Assembly: GCF_032191835.1 (NCBI RefSeq) | Contig: NC_083237.1 | Coordinates: 24,056,001 to 24,120,000, forward strand | Origin: Heteronotia binoei | Lineage: Eukaryota | DNA length: 64,000 nucleotides | Direction of reading: 5' to 3' | In this document: piece after piece, positions 34,001 to 47,300 of the stretch | How the letters are laid out: each line of letters begins with the position of its first letter | Numbering within the stretch: position 1 is the stretch's first letter | Made by a program: the position numbers and the translations under genes | The notes under the pieces: generated by a model | What the model was told of the DNA's origin: nothing | The model's database searches: none | What the model saw: the letters and a program-made list of their open reading frames with translations, nothing else

Positions 34001-37000
34001 TGTTCCCAGGAGACTATTTGCCCTCTGCTTCTATTCCTGGGCAGGAATATTACAGTTACTACAACCAGTAGTAGCAGATGAGAAAAGTACCACTAGATGC
34101 TGCAAGTAGATGGTCATATAGAACCCTTTTTTCCCTCCAGGCAGCTGGCAACCCTATTTTCATGTCAGCAGGAGCATAATGGGAAATGCACACTCTGCAT
34201 CTTTCCCCATAGAACTCCACAACAGAAAGGGCCAAAAATGAAACTTGGGAACTAACACATTGGGGCCACAGATCATTATAAAGTTGCTATGCTCTAGTGA
34301 TATAGCAATTCCTCTATGTGTGAATGCGCGCTCATATGTGTGTGTTTAAAGCCCTTCCAAAGCAGGAAAAAAATGACAGCCATGGAGTGCTGAGACAAGA
34401 AAGGATGGGGAAATGTACATGGGGTGGTTCCACTGTTAACCACAAATGCCGCTGCATTCGCTGCAACAATGACAGCTATACAGAGAATCCTATTTACACG
34501 GGACCAACTTTTCTACTGGTGAAAAAGGAAGGAGGGCTCCTCTTTTGTTCACTGCAAATGGCTATTTTAGGGATCACGGGGCATGCACATAAATATTTTT
34601 GTCATCAATCCTGTAATGGAAACAAGAAGCAGAAGAGACCTTGAAATCAGGGTGGTCAGCCTAAAGATTTTCAACAGTTGGCATTGGTGGGTGGGTGGGG
34701 AATGCAGTGGGGCAGAAGTGGGTGCCAGGGTGCCTGCCAGCACCTTTCATATCACCCACCAAGTGTGTTTAGAAACTGGGTGGGACCAGCTGAGCCTCTT
34801 GCTCAACAGAGCTTCTGATTGGCCACTGGAGATTCAACTGGCTATGCAAATGCAAATAATGTTGTTTCCGCGGCAAATTACCCTTCTTCTCCCCAGCACT
34901 TGGGCTTCCTCTCTGTGATTGGCTCTACTTCCTGCAGCAGCCATTTTGTGGTTGGTTCCACCTCCTTTGACAGCTCTGTTGCGGTTGTGCCCACCATGCT
35001 GTACCTGAATTTGAAAGGTGCCCACAGGGTGAAAAAGATTTGGATTATCTGGAATGGTGCACGAGGCTGGAGAAAAACCCCGTTACCTTTTGTCTGATGT
35101 TCCTTTAAAGCCTCCTTGAGCTTCATGGTTGTTTTCTTCCGGAATTCAACCAGTTCATCCAGCAGAGCCTGGTCTGAGGACACAGAACAAAAGATGCTGG
35201 GGGCGGCTGGGGATCCCACACAGAGCAAAGCATGCTACGGTTCAGAAAGTGTCTGTGTTGGAGGTGAAGCCATCTGCCTCCTGGTGGTGCCTGGGAAGAA
35301 ACAGCAGCTGAGGTGTGGTTGAGAAAATGGTTGCTGGTTGCACTGTAGGCCCAAGTTCTACAATTTGTAAATAAATCAGGTTTTTTTGTAAGCAGCTGGG
35401 ATCAGTTTTTTTGGGAACCTGGAGGACCTTTCTGTGTCCCTATTATAACACTGTACAAGACCCTTTATTAAGCGGTCAGCTTTCACCATCAAGTGCCAGC
35501 ACAGGCCACAGACAAAATGCAGCCTGGGAACCCCCTCACTTTCAGAAGAATCCACATAAGATCCTCGATTAATCTTATGTCCGGGCTGAAGTTTCCTAGG
35601 GGCTCTGTGAGCTTCAACCCAGACAGTAGAGCGCTAGGACTTAAGCAGTTGCAGTCTGGTTGGATGGGCTGCACTGGACTACCTATAGGGGGCTTGAAGG
35701 CCAATTTGAATGCACCTATAGGTTGGGAGCCGGGTGGAGCCTGACAATATTTAACCAGGCCGTGGTCTGGGGTTTACATGCTTGTTTATAGTTGCTGATC
35801 ACTATGATTGGAGCTCTTTCCATTGAACTCAGTATTTAACAATTAAGAATGCAGCTATGACCCCCCCGCCGCCCCAAGCAGTGACTTAGAGTTGCCAACT
35901 CCAGGTTAGGAAATTCCTGGAGATTTGGGGTTGGGTGGGAGGTACCTCATTGGGGTATAATACTATTGAGTTTATACTCCAACTGGGCCATTTTCTCCAG
36001 GCGAGCTAATCTCTGCCATCTGGAGATCAGTTGTAATGCCAGGTGATTCCCAGGCCCCAGCTGGAAGTTGGCAACCTTAGGCAGTGGTCCAGAGGACTAG
36101 TACACTTGATAGATGTTCAAGCGAGGAACACTGCTCAGGAGTGCCTCTGGAAACCGCAAAATGGCTCTCTAGGGGAAAAGGACTGATCTTGTACAGGACA
36201 AGAGTCCAGCTGCCCTTTTCATTAAGAGACCAAGAGGGGTTCCCCCCCTCCCAGACAACAACAGCAACAAAGAACGTGATTGGCTAAAGAAAGACCCAGG
36301 GAATGGCTTTTCCAGCAAAAGGGCAAACTAAGGAATGAGACATTAGGCCTCTCACCTGTACGAGTGTTTTTAGCCAACTCTTCCGTTCTTGACCTCACTT
36401 CTTTCATCAGGCCATCAACTGTACTCTTAACTGGGAGAAAGGAGAGAAAGATGGCAGCAGTCACCTCAATTTGCAGAGATCCTGCAGTAACGGTAGCCAG
36501 AGGGAACGGCTCTGGCAGAGCAACTCCAAAGGTATCCGACGCCCAGGGCTTTTTATGTAGAAACAGCCCAGCAGGAACTCATTTGAATATTAGGCCCCAC
36601 CCCCTGACATCACCATTGTTCCACACAGGACTTTTTGGTAGGGAAAACCCAGCGGAAACTCATTTGCATATTAGGCCACACCCCCTGGCATCACCATTGT
36701 CCCATGGGGCTTTTTTGTAGAAAAATGCCAGAAGGAACTCATTTTGCATATTAGGCCACACCCCTGATGCCCAGCTGGCCAGGACTGCGTTCCTGCTCAA
36801 ATAAAAGCCCTGTTGACATCTGCTGAGAAGGGGAGAATGACCCTATGAGCCTTTCCAAAGGGCAGGAAAGCACACTGGGTGTGATTCAGTCAGGTTTATT
36901 TTTCACTAAGCCTCATGCAGTCCTCCTCCTTACTGCAGCCCTTGTCTTACATGGAGGTTGTTGATGCAGGTACTATTTTTAACCAACACAAAAGCTGGTA

Positions 37001-37922
37001 GGGCCCAGCCCATTATTTTAATGCAATTCTACAGCTAACCAAGTGGTATAAGCACAATAGTTAAGGTCCTGTGCCAACTGACCAGGTGGGAGGGTGGGGA
37101 GAGCCTTGCTTGCAGAGACATTGTTGGGGTTTGGAAATGGCTTGCTCTACATGGTTCTCTTTGGAAGCAGATGGTACTGGGAGGAGGAGAATGCACAGAT
37201 CTATACTTGCCTTGAGCTTCATTGGAGACAGGTGGGTTAAAACGTAATAAATAAAAAGTGATGAAGAGAAGGTTCATGAAATTAGGGCACAACCATAGCG
37301 ACAGGGTAGCACTGTTAGCATTATCTATTTTTTTAAAAAAATCTTGGAAAAAATGCATATCAGCACCACTATACAGAACTGGGGAGGATGGAATGTTTAT
37401 CCTTTCTGGAAGGGAAAAATGGTTATGTAATATTTTAAAGAGGCAAAGCTTGTTGTCAAATAATGTCATGGACACTAGCCAATAATTGCCTCCCACACTC
37501 ATAAAACTACCCTTCCACACAACAACCCACAAACTGTAACAGATGCCCTCACTGGAGAGAGAAAATTATTTTTCTTGGAGGAGAAACCTTTTAGTTGATG
37601 GGAAGATGCCTGGGTAATGATTGCATTTAATGCCCAGTTAAGTAACTGTGTTTGATTGGTAGAGCCAGGCTGTACCTGCAAATCCAGCAAACTGGCTGGT
37701 AGCATAATGTGAGAAAAAATCTCCCTCAAGACCCTGCAGCAGTGCTTCAGCGCGTGCCTTGAGGCGAGAGTCATGGATCTGACGCTGAACGAGCCCAGTC
37801 CTGAGCTTAGCCAAGTTATCCTTGAACTTTTCATCACACTGTAGACAGCCCCAAAGGCCTGTGGGCAGGAAGGCCACAAGCTGTAGGACCAACAGCTGCA
37901 GAGGAGAGCCCAAGACAAGCAT
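31070..37922 (-). CDS. IZUMO2: Izumo sperm-egg fusion protein 2, 7 coding exons, about 225 aa
   Basis: complement(join 37676-37922, 36356-36430, 35087-35173, 33896-33916, 32677-32757, 31283-31406, 31070-31112); GT-AG and in frame; gccATG start. WGCLQCD..LKARAEALLQGLEGDFF, DQALLDELV, ACDKATC, VLDCVRC, FVDSQDRLTLRY, TM, YWRNRLYLYV* align to recalled human IZUMO2 (WGCLQCD, LQARAGAVLMGMEGPFF, DEPLLEELV, FVDRQPRVALQY). Minus-strand AATAAA at 30878-30883. Confidence 0.9.
33115..33396 (+). mobile_element. Squam3-like SINE
   Basis: Same head, body and CTT-type tail. Confidence 0.8.
33543..33714. mobile_element. MITE nested in a tRNA SINE
   Basis: TSD gttaaaag/gttaaagg; the SINE resumes after it. 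Confidence 0.7.
36544..36812. mobile_element. MITE with internally triplicated subunit
   Basis: cagggc TIRs; three aggaactcatttgcatattaggcc-like units. Confidence 0.7.
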
Positions 37923-38306
37923 GGCTGATCCTCAGCCAAGATTCTGGCCTACTTCAGGGTTCTCCAAAGAATGAAGTCACAATTGAAGTTGCTGTTTGTG
38001 GAATGTAGATCAGAGCCATGTTAAGCCATAAAGTCAGATCCTAAGAGGTTGCCATGAGTTTGGCAATAAACAGATTGGAAACCTTAGAAGAGGGTTGGAA
38101 ACAGATTGGAAACCTTGGAATACTTAGAAGAACTGCAGGATCTCATGGCCAGGACATGCGTTGGTTCCTTGGGATGGAATGTTTTCAACAAAAAGTCTAA
38201 GGCAACTTTGATGAGCCTGTGGATATTTTTAGAACGGATAGTAGGCATCACTACAAAATGGCTCCCATGGGAGGTTGGAAGAGTCACAGAATGGCTGCCA
38301 TAAAGT

Positions 38307-38488
38307 CAGGGCTTTTTTGTAGCAGGAACTCCTTTACATATTAGGCCACACACCCCTGATGTAGCCAATCCTCCTGGAGCTTACAGTAGGCCCTGTACTA
38401 AAAGTCCTGTAAGGTCTTGGAGGATTGGCTACATCAGAGGCGTGTGGCCTAATATGCAAAGGAGTTCTTGCTACAAAAAAACACCCTG
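38307..38488. mobile_element. Palindromic MITE, same family
   Basis: Perfect TSD cataaagt. Confidence 0.8.
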
Positions 38489-39210
38489 CATAAAGTCAAT
38501 AAGCAACCACAAAATATGCCAAGCCAAGTATCCCCCTTTGATTAAGGTAGTTGTTTACAAACAGATGCTCCCTGCAGACATTAAGATAACGCCCCCCCCA
38601 ACTTTTCTGAAGCGCCTCTGGTTTCAAGTCAGGATGGCTTTTTGCATTGCAAGTGTGCACCAGAATACATCAGTAGGCAACATGGGTGTCATATTGGGGC
38701 TCAAGGGTATAAGAAGGATCATTTTGTTCAAACACAGCAGTTTTTACACAGTGTTTTAGAATGGTCAGACCATTTCACATACTATTGATGTCATTCTTAC
38801 ATTTACGCTGTAAGGTAAAACAGACCGCTATATTTTCTGAGGAAACACAGGAGACTGAGGGAGCACTCTCAGATTTCATGTACCTCAACCTTAGGACCCT
38901 GGGATGTGGTTACAGATATTGTAAAGGCTGGATACTGGAACTCACATCTGGTGCCAGAATGCAAGGGACAGATATTGCCATAAAACAGAAATGGAGAAAT
39001 TAACTCACGTAGGATGCTCCTGAAAATACAAATTTATGGTGTGTTCATGTGTATGAAATAATAAGTATGGTTTATGTCACAATGTATATTTCATATCCCA
39101 TCAATTATGCTGTGAAAACGTACATAAGTGGTTTACACAAGCTTATTTGGGCTTTCCTTTCCCGTTTGTCCTATTTTAATCTTTTTTTAAAAGTAGTGTA
39201 TTATATGATA

Positions 39211-39515
39211 CAGGAGCCCCATGCAGCAGAGTGGTAAGCTGCAGTACTGCAGTCCAAACTCTGCTCACGACCTGAGTTCGATCCCTGTGGAAGCTGGGTT
39301 CAGGTAGCCAGCTCAAGGTTGACTCAATTTTCCATCCTTCCAAAGTTGGCGAAATGAGTACCCAGCTTGCTGGGGGTAAAGTGTAGGTGACTGAGGAAGT
39401 CAATGGCAAACCACCCCGTGAAAAGTCTGCCATAAAAACATCCTGATGTGACGTCACCTTATGGGTTGGTAACAACCTGTTGCTTGCACAGGAGACTACC
39501 TTTACCTACCTTTAT
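39211..39515 (+). mobile_element. Sauria SINE
   Basis: Same family; acctttacc-type tail. Confidence 0.8.
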
Positions 39516-39804
39516 TGTATGCTACGCTTCTTCTCTGTACTGATTTTTGATTCAATAATAATAATATTTTTCTGAAAACAAATACCTACACAAAACCAGA
39601 AAAGTCCATCTTTAGATGCAAAAGAGCCCCTGAACAAAACAAGTTGGACTCTAATACAAACCAACTTGTACTATTTGGGATTTTGTCCTTTGATCTGTTT
39701 GATGCCACCCACCTACAGGATGTCAAGCCAGAAAAAAACCAAGTACCATAAATGAAGGAAGGAGAAACATCATTAATGATATAAGGATTTATTGAGTCCC
39801 TTAG

Positions 39805-42800
39805 TTATCTCTCAGAGGGCAAGTTTACTCCCTTCTCATTTGCTTGAGATGGAAAGAGACCTGCCAAGCCTGGCAGTGCCCGGAAGATTTGGGCAGTGGT
39901 ATTCTGGGCATCATTTTGGCGCAGGTAGCAGAGAAAAGCTGTCCACAGGAAAGAGCAGGCACCCACGTAGGTGGTACGCAGCACCGGTGGAACAAGAGTG
40001 AAATTCACTGCCTGGTTGAGGGAGAGAGATGAGAAGGCAAAAACTAGCAGCAGTTCCAAGATGGAGACAGTTTTCCTATGTAGTGCCTCTTTTGGTCTGG
40101 CAAATGGTTGGTTTGGCACTTTTACCCTGTGAGGAACAATTCATATCACCAGGTCCAGGAACCTGCCAAAGCCCACACCTAAGTAAGGGATACTGCCAAT
40201 CACTAGAATCCCTGGGTCCAGTTTGTCTCTTCCCTGCTGCTGAAGCTTGCTCTTTCTGAGCAACCATGTAGTGACAGGATCAAGGCATCTCAGCTCTCCC
40301 ACTGGGTAGAGTTGCAGAGGAACATGAGAGAGGAATAAGAAGCAGGTGGGCCCACACAGGTAGAGGATCCCTCTACTACAATAATCTTCCATAACCTCCT
40401 TGCGATGGGCAAGGCTAAGTCCATTACACCTTTCCTTTATCTGCCAACCCCCTGTTTACTCGGGAGGCCAGAAGTAGCCAATCAGAGACCTCAGAACCCT
40501 GAGAGGGGCATGGGAGTGGAGAGCTGGAGGAGTATAAAGGAAAAGGTTAACTGCCATTTCTTATAAAATTGGGTTTATAACCTCTACAGGCAGGTTAGGG
40601 ATAGCTCTGCTTCACATTCTCTTCGGGCAGAAGCCGACTGGTTTAGTGTGGTTGCCAGAAATGGTGCACATTGGTGGTTAAACTCTAAATTAGTCTTCCT
40701 AGGCAGACTAGGAATAAGCACCAGTGAACTTTAAACGAGATTTTGAAAACCTGAGGAAAAGGCACACTCTCTCTGTCTCTCAGATATCCTGAAGTGAAAC
40801 TGTTTCTCTAAGCAGTCTCTCACATGTTACATATGTATACCATTTTATTCTTGAATATCAAAATTAAGTTCCCTTCCAGGGGAATAAATAAAAGTGGGAG
40901 TGTAAACGGTAGTATAACTCACTGGGGGCTAGCCTATAGAGAACTTACCACACACTTTCAGGTCCACTCCCCAATACTTCTGAGGCCACCCAGTTATCTG
41001 AATTTGCCTTGTGATGGGATACTATGGCATGGGAGTTAGTCTTCAAATATCCACAAAAACTTCCATGCTACCGTAAAGTAAATACTCAGTTTTTAAGTTG
41101 TGGAATATTCCCGCCAAAATAGGAAATTACCTCACAGGTGCCTCACAAACCTGCAAATAATCAAGCCATGCTACTGTCAGCCACACTCCCCTTGTCCAAA
41201 GCCCTAGAACTGGCACTGAAACACATCAGGTAAAACTTTCCCACCGCTTCACTTTCCTGCCAGGAAAAGCTTCTCCTGCTAAACTGCTGCCCGTCTTGCA
41301 GTTGTTTAAAGGGACTGGAGCTCAACCAGAAAAAAATTCAGAAGTTGGGTTGAGGAAAGGAGGAGGGAGCAGTACTCACTTGTAACAAAGTCCAGCAGAG
41401 TACTCCAGCCTGAAAGAGAAAATATGACAAACGGAGAGTTAAAGTTATGATTCCATGCCAGTTCTCGGATTTAGCACTCCGAGTTTGTTATTTATTAACT
41501 TTCGTTTATTTTAAATGTTTATTAGCCACCTTTCTTCTTACGAAGCTCGAGGCAGCTTACAACAGAAGTTAAAAATTTACTCTGAAAGGATCTATTGATC
41601 AATAAAAGGTGCCCTGGTTTAATTGCGCAGAATTTTTTTTTTTAAGTAAATGATTTTTAGAACAAGTTCTGAGAAAAACAGCAGGTGGCTGCAGAAGAGG
41701 CATCCCCCTTTTAGTGCCGAACAGCCAGGAATGTCTGTTCTAAGTTGGTGCCTACAGCAAAATTGAAAAAAAAGTATGCTCTTTTTCTTCAGTAGTATAG
41801 TTTTACTCATATGCAGTTTAACACATGTTAAACTGATTCATCAAGTGATTGCTTAAAGTTATACAGTCAGCTACAGGGTTTTTTTTTAAAGTGGGACACG
41901 CAGATGTACTTGAAATTTAAAAAGGGCCCAAGCTTATTTTAGTATAGTGCAGGGTTGGCCACATGTGGCTCTTCCACACATACTGCATGGCTCTTGAAGC
42001 CCCCACTGCTCCATCAGCTGGCTTGGAGAAGGCATTTCTCTCTTTAAATCACTTGTCCAAGCCAGCCAGTGACTTGGAGAATGCATTCAAAGTTAAAAGT
42101 TGCTTTCTTTCCACCTCTCCTTCCCCATCTTCCTTCCTTCCTTCCCAACATATGACATTCGTGTCTTGCAGCTCTCAAACATCTGACATTTATTCTATGT
42201 GATTCTTATGTCAAGCAAGTTTGGCCACCCCTGGTATAGTGGCTGAAAGACTGTGTCATGAAATAGGGAGTCCCTGGATTAAATATGAGACAGCAGAAGA
42301 TCCATGACTGGAAGCTACCTTTGTGTGGTATCCTACAGACATTCAATTTGTGTAAATGGATCTTTCTCCTCTTTCCCATTCTCTCAGGAGCCTTCTGGGA
42401 CTCCCAGAGGGCCTTGCCAGTGCTTGGAAGACCCTCATAGATAAAAAGCCAAGTGGCTCAGAGAGGGCCATCATGTAGATGGGAATCAGATGAGATTGCT
42501 CCTTGCTCATCTTCCATCAGCAGAAAATCTGTAGGACAACCAGGTATGTTTTCCCCTTTGGGCCAACTAACAGTTTGGTGGGTGGTTTGCAATGAGGAAA
42601 AAAAACACACTGGGGAAAGGACAAAGGTTAACATTACTTTGGGTTCCCCCTCTTTGTTCTAAATTAGAGCCCCCTGCAGATATTCTTCAAGTTTTAAAAA
42701 GATTATAGGCGATCACAGATCCCCCACTGTCTCCATTAACTCAGCCCTAAATCTCATCATCTTTAACATGACCTCAGTAGATTGCCTTTACCTGAATGGG

Positions 42801-43828
42801 TCTCTGTTCCCTGCAGGGTGATAATACTGACTTACCCAACAAACAGGCACATAGCTAACCAGAGGCCTGTCCCCCTGACTGTTTTGGGAGGCCCCTCACC
42901 CCCATCCCAGGGCTGCCCCATCCCTCCCCATCCTGTATGATTTAAATCGTGCAGGAAGGGGCACCCAGCAGCAGCCACTGCCCCTCCCATGCCATTTTAG
43001 GGCCCATGAATCAGCTGATTGGTGGGCTCTAAATCACACAGCAGGGGCCACTGGAGCAGTCACCAGCTTCCTGCATGATTTAAAGGACCCTCTCCTCCCA
43101 CAGCCCCCATGGCCCCTTGCTACGGGCTGCCGACAAACTGAGGTTATTGGCATGATTGCTGAGATAACATGTGTTGAAGCACTTGGAGCCCTACAAAGTG
43201 CTGATAAATGCTTCTGTTATGATTGCTTGTTTATTGTAATATCTGCTGGAAATATTTATACTCCACTCCCTTGCAGTTTGCTCATGAGGCTACTTTCAAC
43301 AGTAATTAAAATACCCACCAAACACACACATACTCTTGTAATTACCTTGTATGTTGGCCAAAATGTCTCCCGTAAGTTCCCAAGAACATCACTTTCACCT
43401 TCTAGCAGAGACAGGCCTGAAATGGGTACAAGATCCCATTTTTTTCCCCAGATCACCATCTCTGAAGGGTCCTCCCATCTACTCCAGCCCCCACACCATC
43501 TCTCACCAGTATAAAATGCTCCAATGGTGATCGGTGCTGCTATGGCCTGGTCACAAGCAACTTTCACTATCACTCTGGCTGCATTCGTTCCTGGAAGAAG
43601 GCGCTCCAGACTCCGGAACCAGATGTAATTGAAGTTGGCATGGAAGGTGAATCCTACCAGTGCTGTTTTTCCTGTCTGCTTCAGATCCAAATATTCTAGC
43701 TCAGAGAGATCCCACTGAGACCTGGCCAACACCTGCTGGGCCACATCTGCTGCTGAAAACAGTGTCCCATAAGCGGCCACGTTTGCCACCCAAGGGTGGC
43801 GGTGCACAAGGCCCAGTAGAGGCCACAT
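39805..43828 (-). CDS. Mpv17/PMP22-family protein, MPV17L-like, 4 coding exons, about 209 aa
   Basis: complement(join 43507-43828, 43346-43416, 41380-41409, 39805-40011). RHPWVANVAAYG, KVACDQAIAAP, FWPTYK, CWTLLQ, NFTLVPP..RTTYVGACSFLW match MPV17L motifs and its recalled 4-exon layout. AATAAA at 39788-39793 (minus). One-to-one orthology is not established. Confidence 0.88.
41950..42233. mobile_element. hAT-like MITE (cagggRtggcca TIR family)
   Basis: Perfect TSD gtatagtg; shorter relatives at 26213-26310 and 44689-44824, also with 8-bp TSDs. Confidence 0.75.
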
Positions 43829-44064
43829 TAGACTACAGAGTTGGAGTACTGCAACTGCAATTCTGCAACTGCAATTCCTTGAAAAGCCACTAGCTGGATG
43901 GTTCCTACTGAGAGACAGTAAGGCTGCTTTATAATGGTAAATTACCTGCAAATATACAAACACAAATCTGTTACCTGCATGGCTGCAGTTGTGTGTTCAA
44001 TTGGATGAAAAGCTAACCTCATGATAGTTCCTTGCATGGGGTGTGCATGTTTTCTGCTTCTATT

Positions 44065-44340
44065 GAAGAAGATAAGAAGAAGATATTGGATTTATATCCC
44101 GCCCTCCACTCCGAAGAGTCTCAGAGCGGCTCACAATCTCCTTTACCTTCCTCCCCCACAATAGACAGGAGGGTGGGGCTGGAGAGGGCTCTCACAGCAG
44201 CTGCCCTTTCAAGGACAACCTCTGCCAGAGCTATGACTGACCCAAGGCCATGCTAGCAGGTGCAAGTGGAGGAGTGGGGAATCAAACCCGGTTCTCCCAG
44301 ATAAGAGTCCGCACACTTAACCACTACACCAAACTGGCTC
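44065..44340 (-). mobile_element. Squam3-like SINE
   Basis: Reverse-complement copy of the same family. Confidence 0.8.
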
Positions 44341-46539
44341 TATTCACTGCAATGTCTTCTGTGTGCTGATACTCAACAGTGGTAGAACACAAAGACCTCC
44401 TTTCCTTGTTTGGGAAGTTGTGTCCTATACTGTTGACGCAGTGCCTTGTCTAAGGAAACACAGGGAGTTTAGGCTCTGATAAAGTTTGAACTGGACACTT
44501 ACACAATTCCCACCCCCATTAATTTACTCTCACGCATCAACAGCCCCTATGCACATGTAAAACTTAACCAATTACCTGCCTACACATACATCCTTCTTAT
44601 CAAACAACACAACCCACTTCAAGCCCTTACACAGTTCTGTAGAGAAACATGTGCATGTAAGTGCCACCAAGTTGTAACCGACTTATAGCAGGAGTGGCCA
44701 ACAGTAGCTCTCCAGATGTTTTTGCCTACAACTCCAATCAGCCCCAGCCAGCATGGCCAATGGCTGGGGCTGATGGGAGTTGTAGGCAAAAAAACATCTG
44801 GAGAACTACCATTGGCCACCCCTGACCTATAGTGATCTCAGCAAGTGTCTTTCAAGGCAAGTGAGATGCAGAGTTGGTTTGCCATTGCCTTCCTCTGCAG
44901 AGCTACCTTAGTGGTCTCCTATTCAATTACTGACCCAGCTGAGCTTCCAAGATACGGCAAGATCATGCTATACCATGCTTCCTTCTCTCCCACACAGTAA
45001 CATATTTTTAAAAAAGCAACAGCTTCATAGCTTGGGGTGCTATAAAACCCATTTCTGCAGATTTATGCTATTGTGTATGGCCTGCAATGCCTTTTAGCAG
45101 CTTCAGCCAATCCATCAACTACATCCCTTCCTTGAGGAACTCCAGTCACTGCTATCCACATATTATAGTGGTGACTTCCAGGTTAGATTACTGCCTTTGA
45201 AGTCTATTCAAATACTCCAATGTCTTAGGAACACTGCTGCAAGATGGGTCAAAGGGGTTTTTTTGAGCAGGAATGCAGTTCCAGCTGCCTTGGCATCAGG
45301 GGGGAGTGGACTAATGTGCAAATGAGTTCCTGCTGCGCTTTTTCTACAGAAAAGCCCTGGTCAAGGTGATCAACAACATTTCTCACCACTCTTGAAGAGA
45401 CTTAATTAGCTGCAAGTGTGTTTCTGAGCACAATGCAAAGTTCCTGGTACACCTTCATACACCGTGGCCTCTTTGTATCTCTGTCCCTATGTCCAGTTGT
45501 TAACACATCATTATGCACACTGCATTTAGGCATTATTGTATTCTGAGCTGTCGTTGCACTCTAAACACTAATTCACAACTGGTTTTTGCTGTGTGGGCAA
45601 GGCAATCCAGTTACTGCAGCGTAATAGTACATTATCCAAAAAAGGATTTTTGAAAGCATCAAGGCGCCTTTGAAAACATCACCGTCTTTTTTGCACATAA
45701 TAGGCAACACCCATCACACAATCTCTTCAGCCATCACCCCGGGCCATGGGAACTGCACACACATAGGGAAAGTTAAAATTAATGGGTTCTACAGTAGATA
45801 ACAGAACCCCAGATAACTTTTCTAAGCACAAGGACAGGAACTCAAAGGGTGGCATCAAAAACTGACTACCCTATTAGTGGGAAATCCCTATAGGAGAGGG
45901 TACCAGGGAGCATCTGCAGACTGCAGAATATCTGTTCTGCACCCTCACAGAACAAACACAAGACAACTCTCGCAGGTGGGACTGAGGTGATAGCACACCA
46001 GCTTAGAAACCCATCCCTCTAAAAGTCCACAGGTGCACCCTCCGACTCCTTTCCCTCTTTCTCACTAGGATTGTCAGTCTGTGTTGGAAAATCCTTGGAG
46101 ACGTTGAGTTTGGGGAGCAGAGGGTCCTCAGCCTGGTGCATCCTTCAGCTCAGCCAGCTGGAGATCAGTTGTAAAAGCAGGAGATCTCCAGCTCCCACCT
46201 GGAGGCTGGCAACCCTATTTCTGCAGACACACTCACAGTTCCTCCCAGTACTCCCCCCACCCTCCAGCTAGGGTTGCCAGGTCTGGGTTGGAAAATACCT
46301 GGAGATTTTGGGGGTGGATCCGGGAGAGGGGAGGATTTGGGGAGGGGAGGGGCCTCAGTATGGTACAATGCCACAGAGACCACCCTCCAAAGCATCCATT
46401 TTCTCCAGGGGAGCTGATCTCTGCCAGCTAGAGATCAGTTGTAAAAGCTGGAGATCCCAGGCCCCACCTGGAGGCTGGCAACCCTACCTCCAGCCACTCT
46501 CAAGCTCGCGTTCTTTCTTTCCTCCCTCCTGGGCTAGCA

Positions 46540-47280
46540 GAAGGGACAGGGAAGGTCCATTCAGCATGCGGCCTGTTCCGCGAGTCTATAAATAGCCCAC
46601 AAATATATACAGGAACGATTCTGGGAAGGAGAACAGCTAGAGGGGAAACCCCAGCACTCGCTCATTGAAGACCTGCCCACTTTTTCCCTAGGCTGACCCC
46701 CGGCTTCCAAGCAACTACAGAAAAGGGGCAGCCCATTCCAACCAATAAGAGCCCATGGTCCATCCTTCAGCTATAAATACGTGTCGGGGAAGAAAGAGTC
46801 AATTAAAGAGCGCCCTGGGAAAGCGCTGACATGCTGAGATGCAGGCCGCGCAATGCAACGCAAGCGAGCTCCACCGCCCCGGCGTCTGTGGAAGGACGTT
46901 GGGTCTCCGGCTCGCCTACCTTTCCCCTTAGAAGAACTACACAGTATGCCCTACGCTTCGATTCATGGAATGGAAATGTTGTTTCTTTACATTTCCTTAT
47001 TGTTGATATCTATAATTAGCAAACAACGTAACTCTAATTTTTTTTCTTGTGAATATATTTTAGCTTGTTGGAAAAGCAATTGCTAAAGAATGTTTTGCTG
47101 CAACTTTTGACAAGGTTCGTAAATTCGAAGCCACGCGAACGTACTCTTTTAGCCCTAGATCCCGTTCCGGCGCCTTTCTTCACTGTTAAGCGCACATTGC
47201 AGAACTCGGGAATGTTATTCGGCCACCAGAGGGCGCAGTTTACCACTCTTTTCTGGGAACCATGAGGCAGAATGGTGCGA
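46540..47280 (-). promoter_or_regulatory. CpG-enriched probable promoter / non-coding first exon of the MPV17L-like gene
   Basis: Local CpG excess relative to flanks; minus-strand donor aag|gtaggc near 46920; CCAAT near 46743; located 3 kb upstream of the coding exon. Confidence 0.45.
47221..47238 (+). promoter_or_regulatory. CTCF-like motif
   Basis: GGCCACCAGAGGGCGCAG matches the core CCACCAG(A/G)(G/T)GGCGC. Confidence 0.6.
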
Positions 47281-47300
47281 GGCAGGAGGAGATTCTCCTG

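Noticed and set aside
37035-37532. 165-aa minus and 75-aa plus ORFs in IZUMO2 intron 1
   Set aside because: No recognisable domain or splice context; possibly a decayed LINE.
40400-40560. CCAAT plus TATA-like pair in MPV17L-like intron 3 as an LTR or promoter
   Set aside because: No TG..CA boundaries, TSD or second copy found; short motifs occur by chance.
43256-43963. 235-aa ORF as a single-exon protein
   Set aside because: It contains a 90-bp GT-AG intron at the conserved MPV17L position and two further exons lie downstream.
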